Shown here: positions 10,040 through 19,430 of the stretch, piece after piece
How the letters are laid out: the number at the start of each line of letters is the position of its first letter
Numbering within the stretch: the first letter of the stretch is position 1
Source of the DNA: a virus
Lineage: Duplodnaviria > Caudoviricetes
Virus record (IMG/VR): IMGVR_UViG_2675903038_000001
Span: 1 to 64,000 of that record
Strand: one strand, 5' to 3'
DNA: 64,000 nt
Made by a program: the position numbers and the translations under genes
Notes under the pieces: model-generated
Told to the model about the DNA's origin: nothing
The model's database searches: none
The model's input: the letters and a program-made list of their open reading frames with translations, nothing else

Positions 10040-10222
10040 TCAGGCCGCAGCCTTTTCCTTGTTAACTACATCCTCCTTAAACTCCCCGCACCAATCATCC
10101 TCATGAATAATGGGGAAAGTATTTGTGTCGCCGCCTGGCGGAAACCGTCTGCACAGCGTGTGTCCCTTAACGGAAAATCTCGTTTTGTCAGAAAAAACGC
10201 AGTTCTTACATGCTTCTTCCAT
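10040..10222 (-). CDS. Small four-Cys protein
   Basis: CKNC...CRRFPP...WCGEFK pattern common in prophages. Confidence 0.6.
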   Translation of the reverse strand: MEEACKNCVFSDKTRFSVKGHTLCRRFPPGGDTNTFPIIHEDDWCGEFKEDVVNKEKAAA

Positions 10223-10395
10223 CAGGCAGCCCTCGCATCGACTTTGACGATTCCGTATTTCTCAAGAGCATCCATGACCGCTTCAGACGTTGACTTGAAG
10301 AGACCTTGATAAGTGAAAGTCTTGCCATCTGGTCTGGTTATTTGCACCTTGCATTTAATTGGCTGTGAGTTGTGCTTCATCGATAACTTTTTCAT
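10222..10395 (-). CDS. Hypothetical protein
   Basis: GGAGG SD before MKKLSMKH. Confidence 0.55.
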   Translation of the reverse strand: MKKLSMKHNSQPIKCKVQITRPDGKTFTYQGLFKSTSEAVMDALEKYGIVKVDARAA

Positions 10396-10417
10396 TTGTA
10401 AATCCTCCCTAAAGAAA

Positions 10418-10675
10418 TTACTCAATATCAAATGAATGATGGCCTTCTGCGTCGTATAGCCAATCTTTAAATGCATCAGATGTCTCTTTCTCAAGCTGCT
10501 TAAAGGTCTTTGGGAACGAATTCTCAATTTCCTCTGCCATGCTTGAAAGCTCAGGCCACGGCGCTTCCTTGTGCAACAACTCAAACGCTTGCGGATGTTT
10601 ATGCTTGAAAGCCGACGCAATAAGCTCAGATTGCTTCTTGCTCTTGTCATCAGGACTTACGTAGTAGCGCCTCAT
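10418..10675 (-). CDS. First gene of leftward early operon, hypothetical
   Basis: 85-aa ORF directly downstream of PL. Confidence 0.55.
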   Translation of the reverse strand: MRRYYVSPDDKSKKQSELIASAFKHKHPQAFELLHKEAPWPELSSMAEEIENSFPKTFKQLEKETSDAFKDWLYDAEGHHSFDIE

Positions 10676-10705
10676 CTTGTGTATGTTTGTGTTGTTGATA
10701 AGAGA

Positions 10706-10748
10706 ATTACACCATAAGGTGAATACACTGTCAACACCAAATGGTGTA
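10706..10748 (-). promoter_or_regulatory. PL promoter with two repressor operators
   Basis: Minus strand TTGACA-17-TGTAAT; palindromes TACACC-ATAA-GGTGAA (10708-10723) and AACACC-AAAT-GGTGTA (10733-10748) match those at OR. Confidence 0.8.
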
Positions 10749-10951
10749 ATATTTGCTATAATATTTCTGCCGGTGCTTTTGTTGGAAAAATTAAATTAAG
10801 GAAGCGTGAAATTAGCTAACCCAGAATCAGCTAGGGGGAAGGCAAAGGGTAAGCCTATTTGTAGCTGGTCTCGTTAGGGAAGAAAGAAACGCCAGGCAGG
10901 GGAATGAGGGGATGGAGGTAGGGGAGATGAGGGAGGATGGAAGGTTGTTTG

Positions 10952-10972
10952 TTATACAAAAACTTGTATAAT
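10952..10972 (+). promoter_or_regulatory. higBA operator/-10
   Basis: TTATACAA-AAAC-TTGTATAA palindrome overlapping TATAAT, 6 nt before ATG 10979. Confidence 0.65.
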
Positions 10973-10978
10973 GATGCT

Positions 10979-11308
10979 ATGGTTAAACAAATTGAATTCA
11001 TCTCTGACTCTCTCAGTGAATTACGTACGTTTCCTATAAGTGCAAGGCGTGAAGCAGGTTTTCAGCTAGATAGAGTGCAAAAAGGATTTGATCCGGATGA
11101 CTGGAAGCCAATGAAAACGATTGGTTCAGGAGTTAATGAGATTCGTGTGAGAGATGCAGATGGAGTTTATAGGGTAATTTATATTGCTAAATTTGATGAG
11201 ACTGTATTTGTGCTCCATTGCTTCAAAAAGAAAACTGAAAAGACTGCCAAAACGAATATTGATCTAGCAAAATCGAGGTATAAGGAATTAATGAGGAGGT
11301 TTAAATGA
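10979..11308 (+). CDS. higB: RelE/HigB-family toxin
   Basis: AGFQLDRVQKG, DWKPMKTIGSGVNEIRV, YRVIY, VLHCFKKKT. Confidence 0.9.
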   Translation: MVKQIEFISDSLSELRTFPISARREAGFQLDRVQKGFDPDDWKPMKTIGSGVNEIRVRDADGVYRVIYIAKFDETVFVLHCFKKKTEKTAKTNIDLAKSRYKELMRRFK

Positions 11309-11583
11309 ACGATAAATTTAATAGCGTGTGGGATGCCATTGAGGATACGCCGCATCAAGCAGTAAGCATGAAGATGCGTTCTGAGCTGATGATGTCTTTG
11401 CAGGAGTATTTGAGAAACCGTGGCTTAACACAAGTCAAAGCGGCAAAGCTACTTGGTGTTACTCAGCCACGTGTTTCTGATTTGATGCGTGGAAGGATTG
11501 ACTTGTTTTCGCTGGAATCACTGGTGGATATGATCACTAGCATTGGTTTGGAAGTGGAAATAAGCATTAAAGATGCTGCTTAG
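11305..11583 (+). CDS. higA: XRE-family antitoxin
   Basis: LTQVKAAKLLGVTQPRVSDLMRG HTH; ATGA overlap with toxin. Confidence 0.9.
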   Translation: MNDKFNSVWDAIEDTPHQAVSMKMRSELMMSLQEYLRNRGLTQVKAAKLLGVTQPRVSDLMRGRIDLFSLESLVDMITSIGLEVEISIKDAA

Positions 11584-11662
11584 AATGTGCTAAAGAAAAC
11601 GAATAGCCTGCCGATAACAATCTTTCACGGCTTTATCGTGAACACTAAGTAAGAAAAGTGAG

Positions 11663-11700
11663 AAACCCCATCAGATTTACACGAGTCTGGTGGGGTTTTA
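11663..11700. terminator. Hairpin, copy 1
   Basis: AAACCCCATCAGA...TCTGGTGGGGTTTTA. Confidence 0.6.
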
Positions 11701-11775
11701 ATTGTATGGACCTTAATCTATCCAAGCATTTCTTTATAAAGAGAAATTGACTTTAATATTTAGGAGATATGAATT

Positions 11776-12075
11776 ATGACCAATTTTGCGTCTGTTGCTT
11801 CCGAGTCTGCACCTTTACAAGGGCAAGATCATCGTTCTAGCTACAATTTTCAATTACTACCTAATAATGATCCCCAATCTGGATTTACTATAAGCAGCGC
11901 ACAGGGCGTCGTTTTTGATATTAAGCAAGATGTTACTGGTTCAGATCCAACTCCGGTGAAATCAGTGACTAACGGTTCTACTATCCAGGCGGGTGTGTTA
12001 AAAAACGGAAATAACTATTACATTGCTAATCCACAACATGCTAATGGTAATTTCGTTGTCACATTAAATCAGTAA
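11776..12075 (+). CDS. Small beta-rich moron protein
   Basis: AGGAG SD, 99 aa, AT-rich, between two related hairpins. Confidence 0.65.
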   Translation: MTNFASVASESAPLQGQDHRSSYNFQLLPNNDPQSGFTISSAQGVVFDIKQDVTGSDPTPVKSVTNGSTIQAGVLKNGNNYYIANPQHANGNFVVTLNQ

Positions 12076-12118
12076 ATTGTCGAAGAGATCTTCGTGATTT
12101 TCCCTCGTTGAAAAGGGG

Positions 12119-12157
12119 AAACCCCGCTAGATAATGCTGCGATCTGGTGGGGTTTTA
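12119..12157. terminator. Hairpin, copy 2
   Basis: AAACCCCGCTAGAT...ATCTGGTGGGGTTTTA. Confidence 0.6.
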
Positions 12158-12355
12158 TTTTGAACTATGGTAATTTTTACCCTAGCTAGGTTCAAAGCTA
12201 ATTAGAAGTAACAATCGGTGAAGTTGGTTTATTGTCTTTTATGTTTAACATATGACATAAAGGTTCATTGCTTCCCCAAACAATCTTTTGTTTGATTCGA
12301 TTATCAGACATCTCGCAAGTCATCCAATCTTTACGCTTACCCAGTAAATAAATAA

Positions 12356-12386
12356 GGTAATCCCCCGGCTATGCCGGAGGACTATT
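12356..12386. repeat. IS200/IS605-end or REP-like hairpin
   Basis: GTAATCCCCCGGCTATGCCGGAGGACTATT. Confidence 0.4.
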
Positions 12387-13880
12387 TTAGTAATTATTTA
12401 CTCTGAGCCAATCCATTTCAGACTGTACAGTCGTTAAAGATCCAACAACCAAGTACGATTTAATGATGAGGTCGCCTGCAGGGATGGGGTTTTTGATATT
12501 AAATGTTGCTAAAGATCTGGTTTGCCATCCATATTGATCGGTTCCTCGACCAAGAGGTTTGGTCTTGCATATCCCGTGATTCACATGATTGCCAATGTGT
12601 TTTTGGTAAATTCCCAAGCAGTGAGAATTCGTATCATTGCATCTAATAACGCCACCAGCTACTAATCCTGTTACCGAAAGACAATTATAATATGGGTCGG
12701 TTGTGGGTATTGTGGGATCGAGATCACCTGACAGCGCGCCTCTAGGAACACCAGCTTGATAGACAGTACCACCTTCATATTTATATGCCCTCGTGAACTC
12801 CTCTGTTAGATACACGGCGGGTGTAACTTGCTGCCGTGCTTGATTCTCTGCTGTTGGGTATTTGATTGTAGTTTGAAACTGGATGATATTAGGGCGTGAT
12901 TGAAAATCAAATGTGAGTTTCTTGGAGAAAGTTCCAATCCACCCAACTGGATTATCTTCACCTCCCGGAAAGCCATTAGGGGCTAGTAATTGTGGTTCCC
13001 ACTGGAGAGGATAGGTAGATGTGTTTAAGATTTTGTTCGAACAACTATAGCTAATAGTGGGCGACCCATGCGCTCTCCATGCGAGATGAGGTGGATTGTC
13101 AGAGTTGGGTCGGTTACACCCCCATTTATCTCCTGCTTCTGTTGGATTATCTGCGCAGTTGTATCCACTACAAGAAGAAGCGGAATTTTCGGCGATCTGT
13201 ATTTGTCGTCCATAATCCCAATCGTTTATAAATTGCTTGCCATTCCAAGTCAGAGTAAATATGGCACTACCTGCTGCAGCATTGGTTCCGACAGTTATTT
13301 GAGTGCCGCCGCAATTATCAAGTCCAGGAGAGCCGTTAAATTTTGCCTCACAAAAAGCCTTGTAGCGTGGGAAACCATAGCCAAAAAAGTTATTATCTTT
13401 AGTGAAACCGGCGGATGTAGGGTCCTCTATTGGTTTAGGGAAGGCTGCTAAATGATTTGTATTCGATACATTCCACCATCGCAAAATTTGCTGTGTTCCA
13501 ATAATTTGAGTCGTATATGGACAACCCATTATCCCTTGATCATTGGTGTAACCACTGACTGATGAAGCTTCCGCTATCATGTGATCCGTTATACTATTGG
13601 CATATAATCCATAGAGTTTTTGTGTGCCTGATAGTGGGTTATTGTTACAAGATGGCACATAGAATTGTTGCCCTTCGATTGCATAACCAGATGGCGGCAC
13701 GCTGCCATAATGCATCGGTAATGTGAAGTGATCGAAAATAGAAACATTAAAGAGTCTATGCAATATATTCAATGTTTGATTGTTATTTTCATAGGGAATG
13801 ACAGCTAATAAGGTTGTGGAGAATAATATGGATCCTATACTTGCAGCTGATATTACAAACCATCTAATTATGTATGACAT
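12387..13880 (-). CDS. Secreted Cys-rich protein with DUF5648-like N-terminal repeats
   Basis: Signal-peptide-like N terminus; LHRLFN..DHFT, LYGLY..DHMI, ILRWWN..NHL repeats. Confidence 0.65.
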   Translation of the reverse strand: MSYIIRWFVISAASIGSILFSTTLLAVIPYENNNQTLNILHRLFNVSIFDHFTLPMHYGSVPPSGYAIEGQQFYVPSCNNNPLSGTQKLYGLYANSITDHMIAEASSVSGYTNDQGIMGCPYTTQIIGTQQILRWWNVSNTNHLAAFPKPIEDPTSAGFTKDNNFFGYGFPRYKAFCEAKFNGSPGLDNCGGTQITVGTNAAAGSAIFTLTWNGKQFINDWDYGRQIQIAENSASSCSGYNCADNPTEAGDKWGCNRPNSDNPPHLAWRAHGSPTISYSCSNKILNTSTYPLQWEPQLLAPNGFPGGEDNPVGWIGTFSKKLTFDFQSRPNIIQFQTTIKYPTAENQARQQVTPAVYLTEEFTRAYKYEGGTVYQAGVPRGALSGDLDPTIPTTDPYYNCLSVTGLVAGGVIRCNDTNSHCLGIYQKHIGNHVNHGICKTKPLGRGTDQYGWQTRSLATFNIKNPIPAGDLIIKSYLVVGSLTTVQSEMDWLRVNNY

Positions 13881-13979
13881 TGGACTATATCCTTACCAAG
13901 TTATAATAAACAGGAATAAATAAAACAAGTTTTACTATAGGAGATTTGTTATTCTTGCTCAAGTAAAATCAATTAGGTT

Positions 13980-14399
13980 TTATTCCTTGCTTTCAGTAAT
14001 TCTTCCGATGACAAATACTGAGACAAGACCTATTAAGGTAGAGCCTGCAACTATTCCCGCTAGAACAGGATACCCTATTGTAGCGAAGTAGACAGATGCG
14101 GAAATCGTAGCCAAACCAATTAAAAAACCTAGAACCTGCCCTCGCTTGATCTGATCTTCCGACGCCTTAAGCAAAGCACTATCATATTGATGCTTGTGTT
14201 TCATGCTTGATTCCGCCATGACCAGGATGCGCTCAGCGGCTCCTGGAATTGTCTTCTCGTACCCTTCCAGTATGGTTGGGTGTGGCATTGGGCCAGAGAA
14301 GCTTGTTGCAGAAATAGAGGGTGTTACATGATTCTGGTTATTATTACCAGATTTGACAGGAGTTTTCCGGCTACTTCTTGTTGGTGGAGATTTTGACAT
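13980..14399 (-). CDS. DUF2335-like membrane protein
   Basis: FSGPMPHPTILEGYEKTIPGAAERILVMAE plus two TM helices. Confidence 0.85.
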   Translation of the reverse strand: MSKSPPTRSSRKTPVKSGNNNQNHVTPSISATSFSGPMPHPTILEGYEKTIPGAAERILVMAESSMKHKHQYDSALLKASEDQIKRGQVLGFLIGLATISASVYFATIGYPVLAGIVAGSTLIGLVSVFVIGRITESKE

Positions 14400-14571
14400 C
14401 GTTCTCAAATCTAGCGCATGCATCCTTAAGCGCTACTGCAACTCGACCGAAATGAGAAGCAACGTCATCACTTGCATGTTGACGGGCAATTGCTTTGTTT
14501 AATCCATTTGATGGCATAATATCTATCAAGCTCCCAATGCCACGCAAAACGTTTCTTGTTCCCTTTTTCAT
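14371..14571 (-). CDS. Small protein upstream of DUF2335
   Basis: LRGIGSLIDIMP...DDVASHFGRV, overlapping DUF2335 gene. Confidence 0.6.
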   Translation of the reverse strand: MKKGTRNVLRGIGSLIDIMPSNGLNKAIARQHASDDVASHFGRVAVALKDACARFENDVKISTNKK

Positions 14572-14650
14572 TTTCTAACTCTAACATAGTACGTTTAATT
14601 AGGCTATTCTAATTGCTCATAAGTTCAACTTGGCAAATTACTTAGCGTGC

Positions 14651-15136
14651 TTACCTTCTCTTAAACCGACGCCACTCCCAAGGTGGGATTTTCTCTGATT
14701 CAGGCAGACTCCATAAACCAACCCGTTTCTTTCTTGCTTGATCTTCGAGAAGAAAAAGTTTTTTGTCTTTGGCATATTGCCGATATACCCAAGCAGAACC
14801 GCGTCTGACCAGCTCCGCGTTCACATCAACATTACCCACATAGACACGACCAACAACGCGCTTGTATCGATCCGTGCTCTGAGCCTTGATGATAGCGGTT
14901 TTGTTATAAGCGAGTGCTGACAGTTCTTGTTTTGCCTTGCTACCATATGGCTGTTTTGATTCTGGCGTGTCAATCTCAGCTAGGCGAACTTTGATTTGAC
15001 GTTTATTCGAATCAAGAATCGTTAGGGTATCCCCATCGGATATGGCTACGACACGGCCTCTGTATTCTTGAGCAGCGTAGAGTGGGAGTGATAATACAAG
15101 CAGAATCAGATTAAAAAGGATTATTTTTGGTTGCAT
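14651..15136 (-). CDS. Secreted thermonuclease (SNase-like)
   Basis: Signal peptide, VVAISDGDT, RLAEIDTPE, DRYKRVVG, GLWS. Confidence 0.9.
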   Translation of the reverse strand: MQPKIILFNLILLVLSLPLYAAQEYRGRVVAISDGDTLTILDSNKRQIKVRLAEIDTPESKQPYGSKAKQELSALAYNKTAIIKAQSTDRYKRVVGRVYVGNVDVNAELVRRGSAWVYRQYAKDKKLFLLEDQARKKRVGLWSLPESEKIPPWEWRRFKRR

Positions 15137-15883
15137 TCACACCGATCCAAATTTCTTGAACGTCATGGGAAGTGCCCGGATTACTCTTCCGATAATCCGT
15201 GTGCCCTCCATGCGGTCATCCCATGGCCAGCTCTGATAAAACTTATTATCCGAGCTGACCATGAGCGTCTTTCCAACAATTGAAAGTCTTTTGCATATTA
15301 GTTCGCCGCCGTGAAGCAATATGTAAATAGCCTCTCCGGCATAATCTTTGATCGACATGTCAACAAACAGCAAGTCATCAGGTTGGATGGTAGGAGCCAT
15401 GCTATCTTTACTAGCAATGACAATCTGAATCTTATTATTACGATTCATGCTGCCAATCAGGTGTTGTGCTTCATTTGGTTCCATTTCTATCGATCGTACA
15501 ATCTCGTGGTAATCATTATTAAAATGACCTTCTCCGCAAGCAGCTTTTACGTCAAGAATGTGGAAAAAGGCGGAAGCGTTAGTGTGTTCCTTCTCTGATG
15601 TCATCTTTGAGGATATGACAGGTTCCTGGTCATATATTGCGGAAGATTTATGTGATTTGAAAAATTCTTTTACATAATTTTCTTTATCAAGCCATCCTGT
15701 AGGAAGGTGAGATGCATAATTCTCTTCTATTTCCCTTGCAATTTTCTCACCAAAAGATTTTCTTCCGGCAATCATGTCATTGATTTGTCTATCTGGTTTT
15801 CCGGCTTTCTTTGAGACTGCAGATAGACTTTCCATGTCCACAAGGTCTTTCAGATTTGCTCTGCGAATATCTGTGATTTTCAT
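15137..15883 (-). CDS. cI: CI-like repressor with S24 peptidase domain
   Basis: N-terminal HTH; AACG cleavage region, DSMAPTI, CKRL. Confidence 0.9.
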   Translation of the reverse strand: MKITDIRRANLKDLVDMESLSAVSKKAGKPDRQINDMIAGRKSFGEKIAREIEENYASHLPTGWLDKENYVKEFFKSHKSSAIYDQEPVISSKMTSEKEHTNASAFFHILDVKAACGEGHFNNDYHEIVRSIEMEPNEAQHLIGSMNRNNKIQIVIASKDSMAPTIQPDDLLFVDMSIKDYAGEAIYILLHGGELICKRLSIVGKTLMVSSDNKFYQSWPWDDRMEGTRIIGRVIRALPMTFKKFGSV

Positions 15884-15918
15884 ATCGTAATTACAACAAT
15901 TCATAATCATTCAGTAAA

Positions 15919-15973
15919 TTCACTAAAAGGTGTATTTCTGCATTGACATAGTATACACTTTATGGTGTATACT
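15919..15973 (+). promoter_or_regulatory. OR operators and PR
   Basis: TTCACT-AAAA-GGTGTA (15919-15934), TACACT-TTAT-GGTGTA (15954-15969); TTGACA 15943, TATACT 15968, 6 nt before cro ATG. Confidence 0.8.
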
Positions 15974-15979
15974 AATCTT

Positions 15980-16345
15980 ATGAAACTAAAAGATTACATT
16001 AAAACCATCCCTTTAGAAGAGAGAGATGTGTTTTCGGCAAAATGTGGCACTAGTTTTGCCCACATCAGAAATATTGCATATGGGTATAAAAAATCAGGAG
16101 AAAGTCTTTGCATAAATATCGAGCGTGAATCTGGTGGCACAGTTAAGTGTGAAGAGTTACGTCCAGACGTTGACTGGAAATACCTACGCGGAACCTTTAC
16201 TACATTCAAACTAGAAACTACCAAACCTTCGCCTGATCCAGAAGCTGAGCTATCTCCAGCGACTCCGGGCATTGGGAAGATGTTAATCACTGACACATCT
16301 GATCGACGCAATGAAGAGCTTCGCAATAGTGATCGACGAGAATAA
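15980..16345 (+). CDS. cro: Cro/YdaS-like regulator
   Basis: Divergent from cI; IERESGGTVKCEELRPDVDW signature. Confidence 0.85.
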   Translation: MKLKDYIKTIPLEERDVFSAKCGTSFAHIRNIAYGYKKSGESLCINIERESGGTVKCEELRPDVDWKYLRGTFTTFKLETTKPSPDPEAELSPATPGIGKMLITDTSDRRNEELRNSDRRE

Positions 16346-16407
16346 AAATGACCGTAATTACGATTATGCAATGCCTCTGATTATTGATTTCCTTGTGTTC
16401 TCTTACC

Positions 16408-16470
16408 TCGTGGCGCTACTCCCTTATCTGCTGTACCCCATCCAGCAGGTCGCCACGGGGAATTTTTTGA
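16408..16470 (+). terminator. tR1-like hairpin
   Basis: CGTGGCG..CTGCTG/CAGCAG..CGCCACG then T-run. Confidence 0.45.
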
Positions 16471-16511
16471 TCATGCCGGAGTTTATGCGGGATGGGAATT
16501 GTACAGGAGTA

Positions 16512-16904
16512 CATCTGTACTTTGGTGCAGGTAGGGAATGGAGGCTGAAATGATTAAACCCCATTGGCGAGGGCGCTCGGCGTTATTTACAGGTTATTTA
16601 TTTGCAATCCCTTGGCGGACGCCGTTTGTGAGCTTTGACCGGAACAGTCTTCGGCCCACGTGGAGGCGTTTTACAAGGCTTGCATGGTTTATTGGCCATG
16701 TTAATGATTCCTTATTAAATCGACAGGACGAGCCTGCCTCCCTGAAAGCCACAACGGCCTTCGCCACCGATCAAAGGGATGTTGGGATCAGGTCTTATAA
16801 GGAATTACCGAGCACCCTCGCCAATAGAGTTTTGATAATCCTAAAAGAATTACTTCTCACCGTGAATCGTACTGAGGGGCACCTGTACTTTGGTGCAGGT
16901 AGGG
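16512..16904 (+). repeat. 25-bp direct repeat pair (16512-16536, 16880-16904)
   Basis: CAYCTGTACTTTGGTGCAGGTAGGG, 24/25 identical, each a small hairpin. Confidence 0.85.
16598..16699 (-). CDS. 33-aa basic peptide (not in ORF track)
   Basis: TAAGGA SD then MANKPCKPCKTPPRGPKTVPVKAHKRRPPRDCK*. Confidence 0.5.
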   Translation of the reverse strand: MANKPCKPCKTPPRGPKTVPVKAHKRRPPRDCK

Positions 16905-16923
16905 GATTGGGGTGGGAATAAAA

Positions 16924-17178
16924 ATGAATATCAATCCTGAATTTGTTAGTGAAGTTGAAAGGTTGCGTAAAGCAGCAACAGAAAATGAAATTGTATTTGA
17001 TCTTTTACTGCTGATCAGCAGATCAGTTCTTATCGACGACATTGGCAATAGGGAAATTATTGCTGACGACGAAGACACGCGTTTATTGCAGGCATGCGAT
17101 ATGGCAGCAGCTTTTGCTGCGTATGACATTGATCAATCGGCTTGTTCAATTTCTAACGAAGCATCAAATAAAAAATAG
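16924..17178 (+). CDS. Hypothetical protein
   Basis: ORF after second repeat. Confidence 0.5.
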   Translation: MNINPEFVSEVERLRKAATENEIVFDLLLLISRSVLIDDIGNREIIADDEDTRLLQACDMAAAFAAYDIDQSACSISNEASNKK

Positions 17179-17187
17179 GAAGAAGCC

Positions 17188-17505
17188 ATGCGTGAATACG
17201 GGGTCGTCTCTCCTCAATTCTGGATTGATCACAGCTTAAGAGAATGGAAGGTGCCAGAAATTAAAGGTCGCCTTAAATTCAAAATACCAAGTCATGCAGC
17301 TTTAAGAGATTTTGTTTTTCATCGAGATGGAAATAAATGCGTTAGATGCGGCTCTGATGAACGTTTAGTTGCTGATCATAAAATTTCCCGTAAAAACGGG
17401 GGATCTCATCATCCTGACAATCTTCAAACATTGTGCATGAAGTGCAATGCTAGAAAGGTTTCTACTGAAGATAAGAAATTCCCGGAAAGGGCAGATAGGG
17501 GATAA
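17188..17505 (+). CDS. HNH endonuclease
   Basis: RDGNKCVRCG..DHKISRKNGG..NLQTLCMKCN. Confidence 0.85.
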   Translation: MREYGVVSPQFWIDHSLREWKVPEIKGRLKFKIPSHAALRDFVFHRDGNKCVRCGSDERLVADHKISRKNGGSHHPDNLQTLCMKCNARKVSTEDKKFPERADRG

Positions 17506-17508
17506 GTC

Positions 17509-18588
17509 ATGCATTACTACCAGTTCAATATCTCAGATTACATGAGCCATACAAGGCACTTAACCCCTATCGAAGATATTTGTTATCGAAGGTTATTGGA
17601 CTGGCAGTATTTACATGAAAAGCCCGTTCCTGCCGACTTAAAAGCGATTTGCAGGCTGTTAATGCTCCGCGACTATCAGGAAGATGTGGAACAGGTTTTG
17701 AATGAATTTTTTATTCTCACCGAAGAGGGGTGGATTAATCAGAGGGCGTTTGAGGAGATAGAGGAATTTCTGCTTTACGAAGATAAAAGCCAGGCAAAAG
17801 AAGAAAATGAAAAAGAACGCAAACGAAGGCACAGGGAAGAAAGGAAAAGACTATTTTCTGATTTGCGAGAGAAAGGAGTAATCCCAGGGTGGAAAACTTT
17901 AACAGAGCCCCTCCGAGAGCTTCACAGAATCCACTGCGGCAAAAAGACTGAAATATGCGATAAAACAGCAAATTACGAGCATGATATCAAACAAGAACGT
18001 GCCTGTGACGCGCCTGTGACGGAACTGGAACGTGCCTGTGACGCACCTGGCACGGCTATAACTACTAACTATAAACCAGTAACTACTAACCAAGAACCAA
18101 GTACACCTATTGAGAGAGGTAGCAAGATCTTAAAAGAGTTAGGCGCGAATGAAAAAAATGACGCTAACGCGTCTCACTCTCACGCTAAAAATCAACCTTC
18201 TCCATCTAAAAAACTGACTCAAACGCACATCCAGCAACCTTTCAGGCCCACCGAGGCGGCGGTAAGGTTGGCGGCAAAACACGAGCTTGACGTAGGCACC
18301 GAGGCTGATCTGTTCGTGGCGCATTACGAGTCTACAGGCGAGGTTAGGGCTGATTGGGATGCGTGTTTTCGCAAGTGGCTGCTGCGATCAATGCAACACA
18401 AAGCTGATGCTGAGCAACGCGCTCAAGGACCGCCTGCAAAAGGCGCAAAGGGGTTAAAAAAATTCGACGCAGCGGACTACAACCGAGGAAATGACGGATA
18501 TGGAAAACCAAGAAAAAATAACATCATCGACATTAACGGAATCGTGGTTGGCGAGATGCCAGCGCTTCAAGGGCAGATCGCCGATTGA
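17509..18588 (+). CDS. Replication initiator (YdaU/DUF1376-like)
   Basis: MHYYQFNISDYMSHTRHL..YRRLLD N terminus; C-terminal DWDACFRKW; internal iterons. Confidence 0.85.
   Translation: MHYYQFNISDYMSHTRHLTPIEDICYRRLLDWQYLHEKPVPADLKAICRLLMLRDYQEDVEQVLNEFFILTEEGWINQRAFEEIEEFLLYEDKSQAKEENEKERKRRHREERKRLFSDLREKGVIPGWKTLTEPLRELHRIHCGKKTEICDKTANYEHDIKQERACDAPVTELERACDAPGTAITTNYKPVTTNQEPSTPIERGSKILKELGANEKNDANASHSHAKNQPSPSKKLTQTHIQQPFRPTEAAVRLAAKHELDVGTEADLFVAHYESTGEVRADWDACFRKWLLRSMQHKADAEQRAQGPPAKGAKGLKKFDAADYNRGNDGYGKPRKNNIIDINGIVVGEMPALQGQIAD
17995..18090 (+). repeat. Origin iterons
   Basis: GCCTGTGACG x3 (two as GAACGTGCCTGTGACGC) followed by TAACTACTAAC x2. Confidence 0.75.
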
Positions 18589-19231
18589 ATATCTTTTCGA
18601 TAAGCTGGATATGCTTTATCCGAACAGGTGGCGAGGTCAATTTAAGTCTCCGGAAGACCATGAAAACTGGTGTCAGTGCTGGGGGGAAGAACTTGACGAA
18701 CGCAACGTCACTTTCGACGAAGTAAAGCGCGGCCTTGCGCGCTGCATCGAGCTTTACGACTGGCCGCCGTCTTTCCCGGAATTTCTGAAAGCGTGCAGGC
18801 CTGCGCTTGACTACGAAACAGCCTTCCACGAGGCTGTGGAGCAGATGCGGGCACGTTCCGAGGGGAAAGATCGCTGGTCGAATCCTGCGATCTACTGGGC
18901 CGCTGCGAAGCTGGGTGGCGACATCATGAACACGGTTTACATCAACGTGAAGGGTCGGTGGAAAGCCGCGCTTGACGAGGCAATTCACAACGTAGCGACG
19001 GGAATTTCTCCGCGTGAAGTACCCAAGCGTCCGGTTCTGATCGAATACAACAAGCCATCAAACATCAAATCGGAAGTTGCTCAACGAGAGCTGGAAAAAA
19101 TGAAGAAAATCATGGAGCAAGAGCCAGCCTGGAAGCGCAATCTGCGTGAAAGAGGCATGACATATCAGTCTCCCGATGTAGGCTTGAAGCATGTCACAGA
19201 ACATCTTGAAATCAAGGAGAGGGTAGCTTGA
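18491..19231 (+). CDS. Replication protein P-like / helicase loader
   Basis: Follows initiator; GLARC...WPPSFPEFLKACRP. Confidence 0.7.
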   Translation: MTDMENQEKITSSTLTESWLARCQRFKGRSPIEYLFDKLDMLYPNRWRGQFKSPEDHENWCQCWGEELDERNVTFDEVKRGLARCIELYDWPPSFPEFLKACRPALDYETAFHEAVEQMRARSEGKDRWSNPAIYWAAAKLGGDIMNTVYINVKGRWKAALDEAIHNVATGISPREVPKRPVLIEYNKPSNIKSEVAQRELEKMKKIMEQEPAWKRNLRERGMTYQSPDVGLKHVTEHLEIKERVA

Positions 19232-19232
19232 A

Positions 19233-19430
19233 TTGAGCCAAATGATTAATTCCGTGAGCGATTACACGATCTTAAAAGAATCTGAGCTATCAGAACTGAC
19301 TGATCGCGTTTGCCAATGCATCACGCTAGGCTGGGAGCCGCTTGGGTCGCCATTTGCAGATGGTAGTAATCATATTTCTGGTAGGCAATGGTGCCAGGCA
19401 ATGGTCAAGAGGGAGGGAAGTAGGAAATGA
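19233..19430 (+). CDS. DUF1737-like small protein
   Basis: GWEPLGSP...QAMVK. Confidence 0.65.
   Translation: MSQMINSVSDYTILKESELSELTDRVCQCITLGWEPLGSPFADGSNHISGRQWCQAMVKREGSRK

Noticed and set aside
10899-10933. Four G-runs (possible G-quadruplex) upstream of higB
   Set aside because: Long loops, single instance, no supporting context
16311-16921. Two + ORFs both ending HLYFGAGR
   Set aside because: Shared peptide is just the translation of the 25-bp DNA repeat; coding status unsupported
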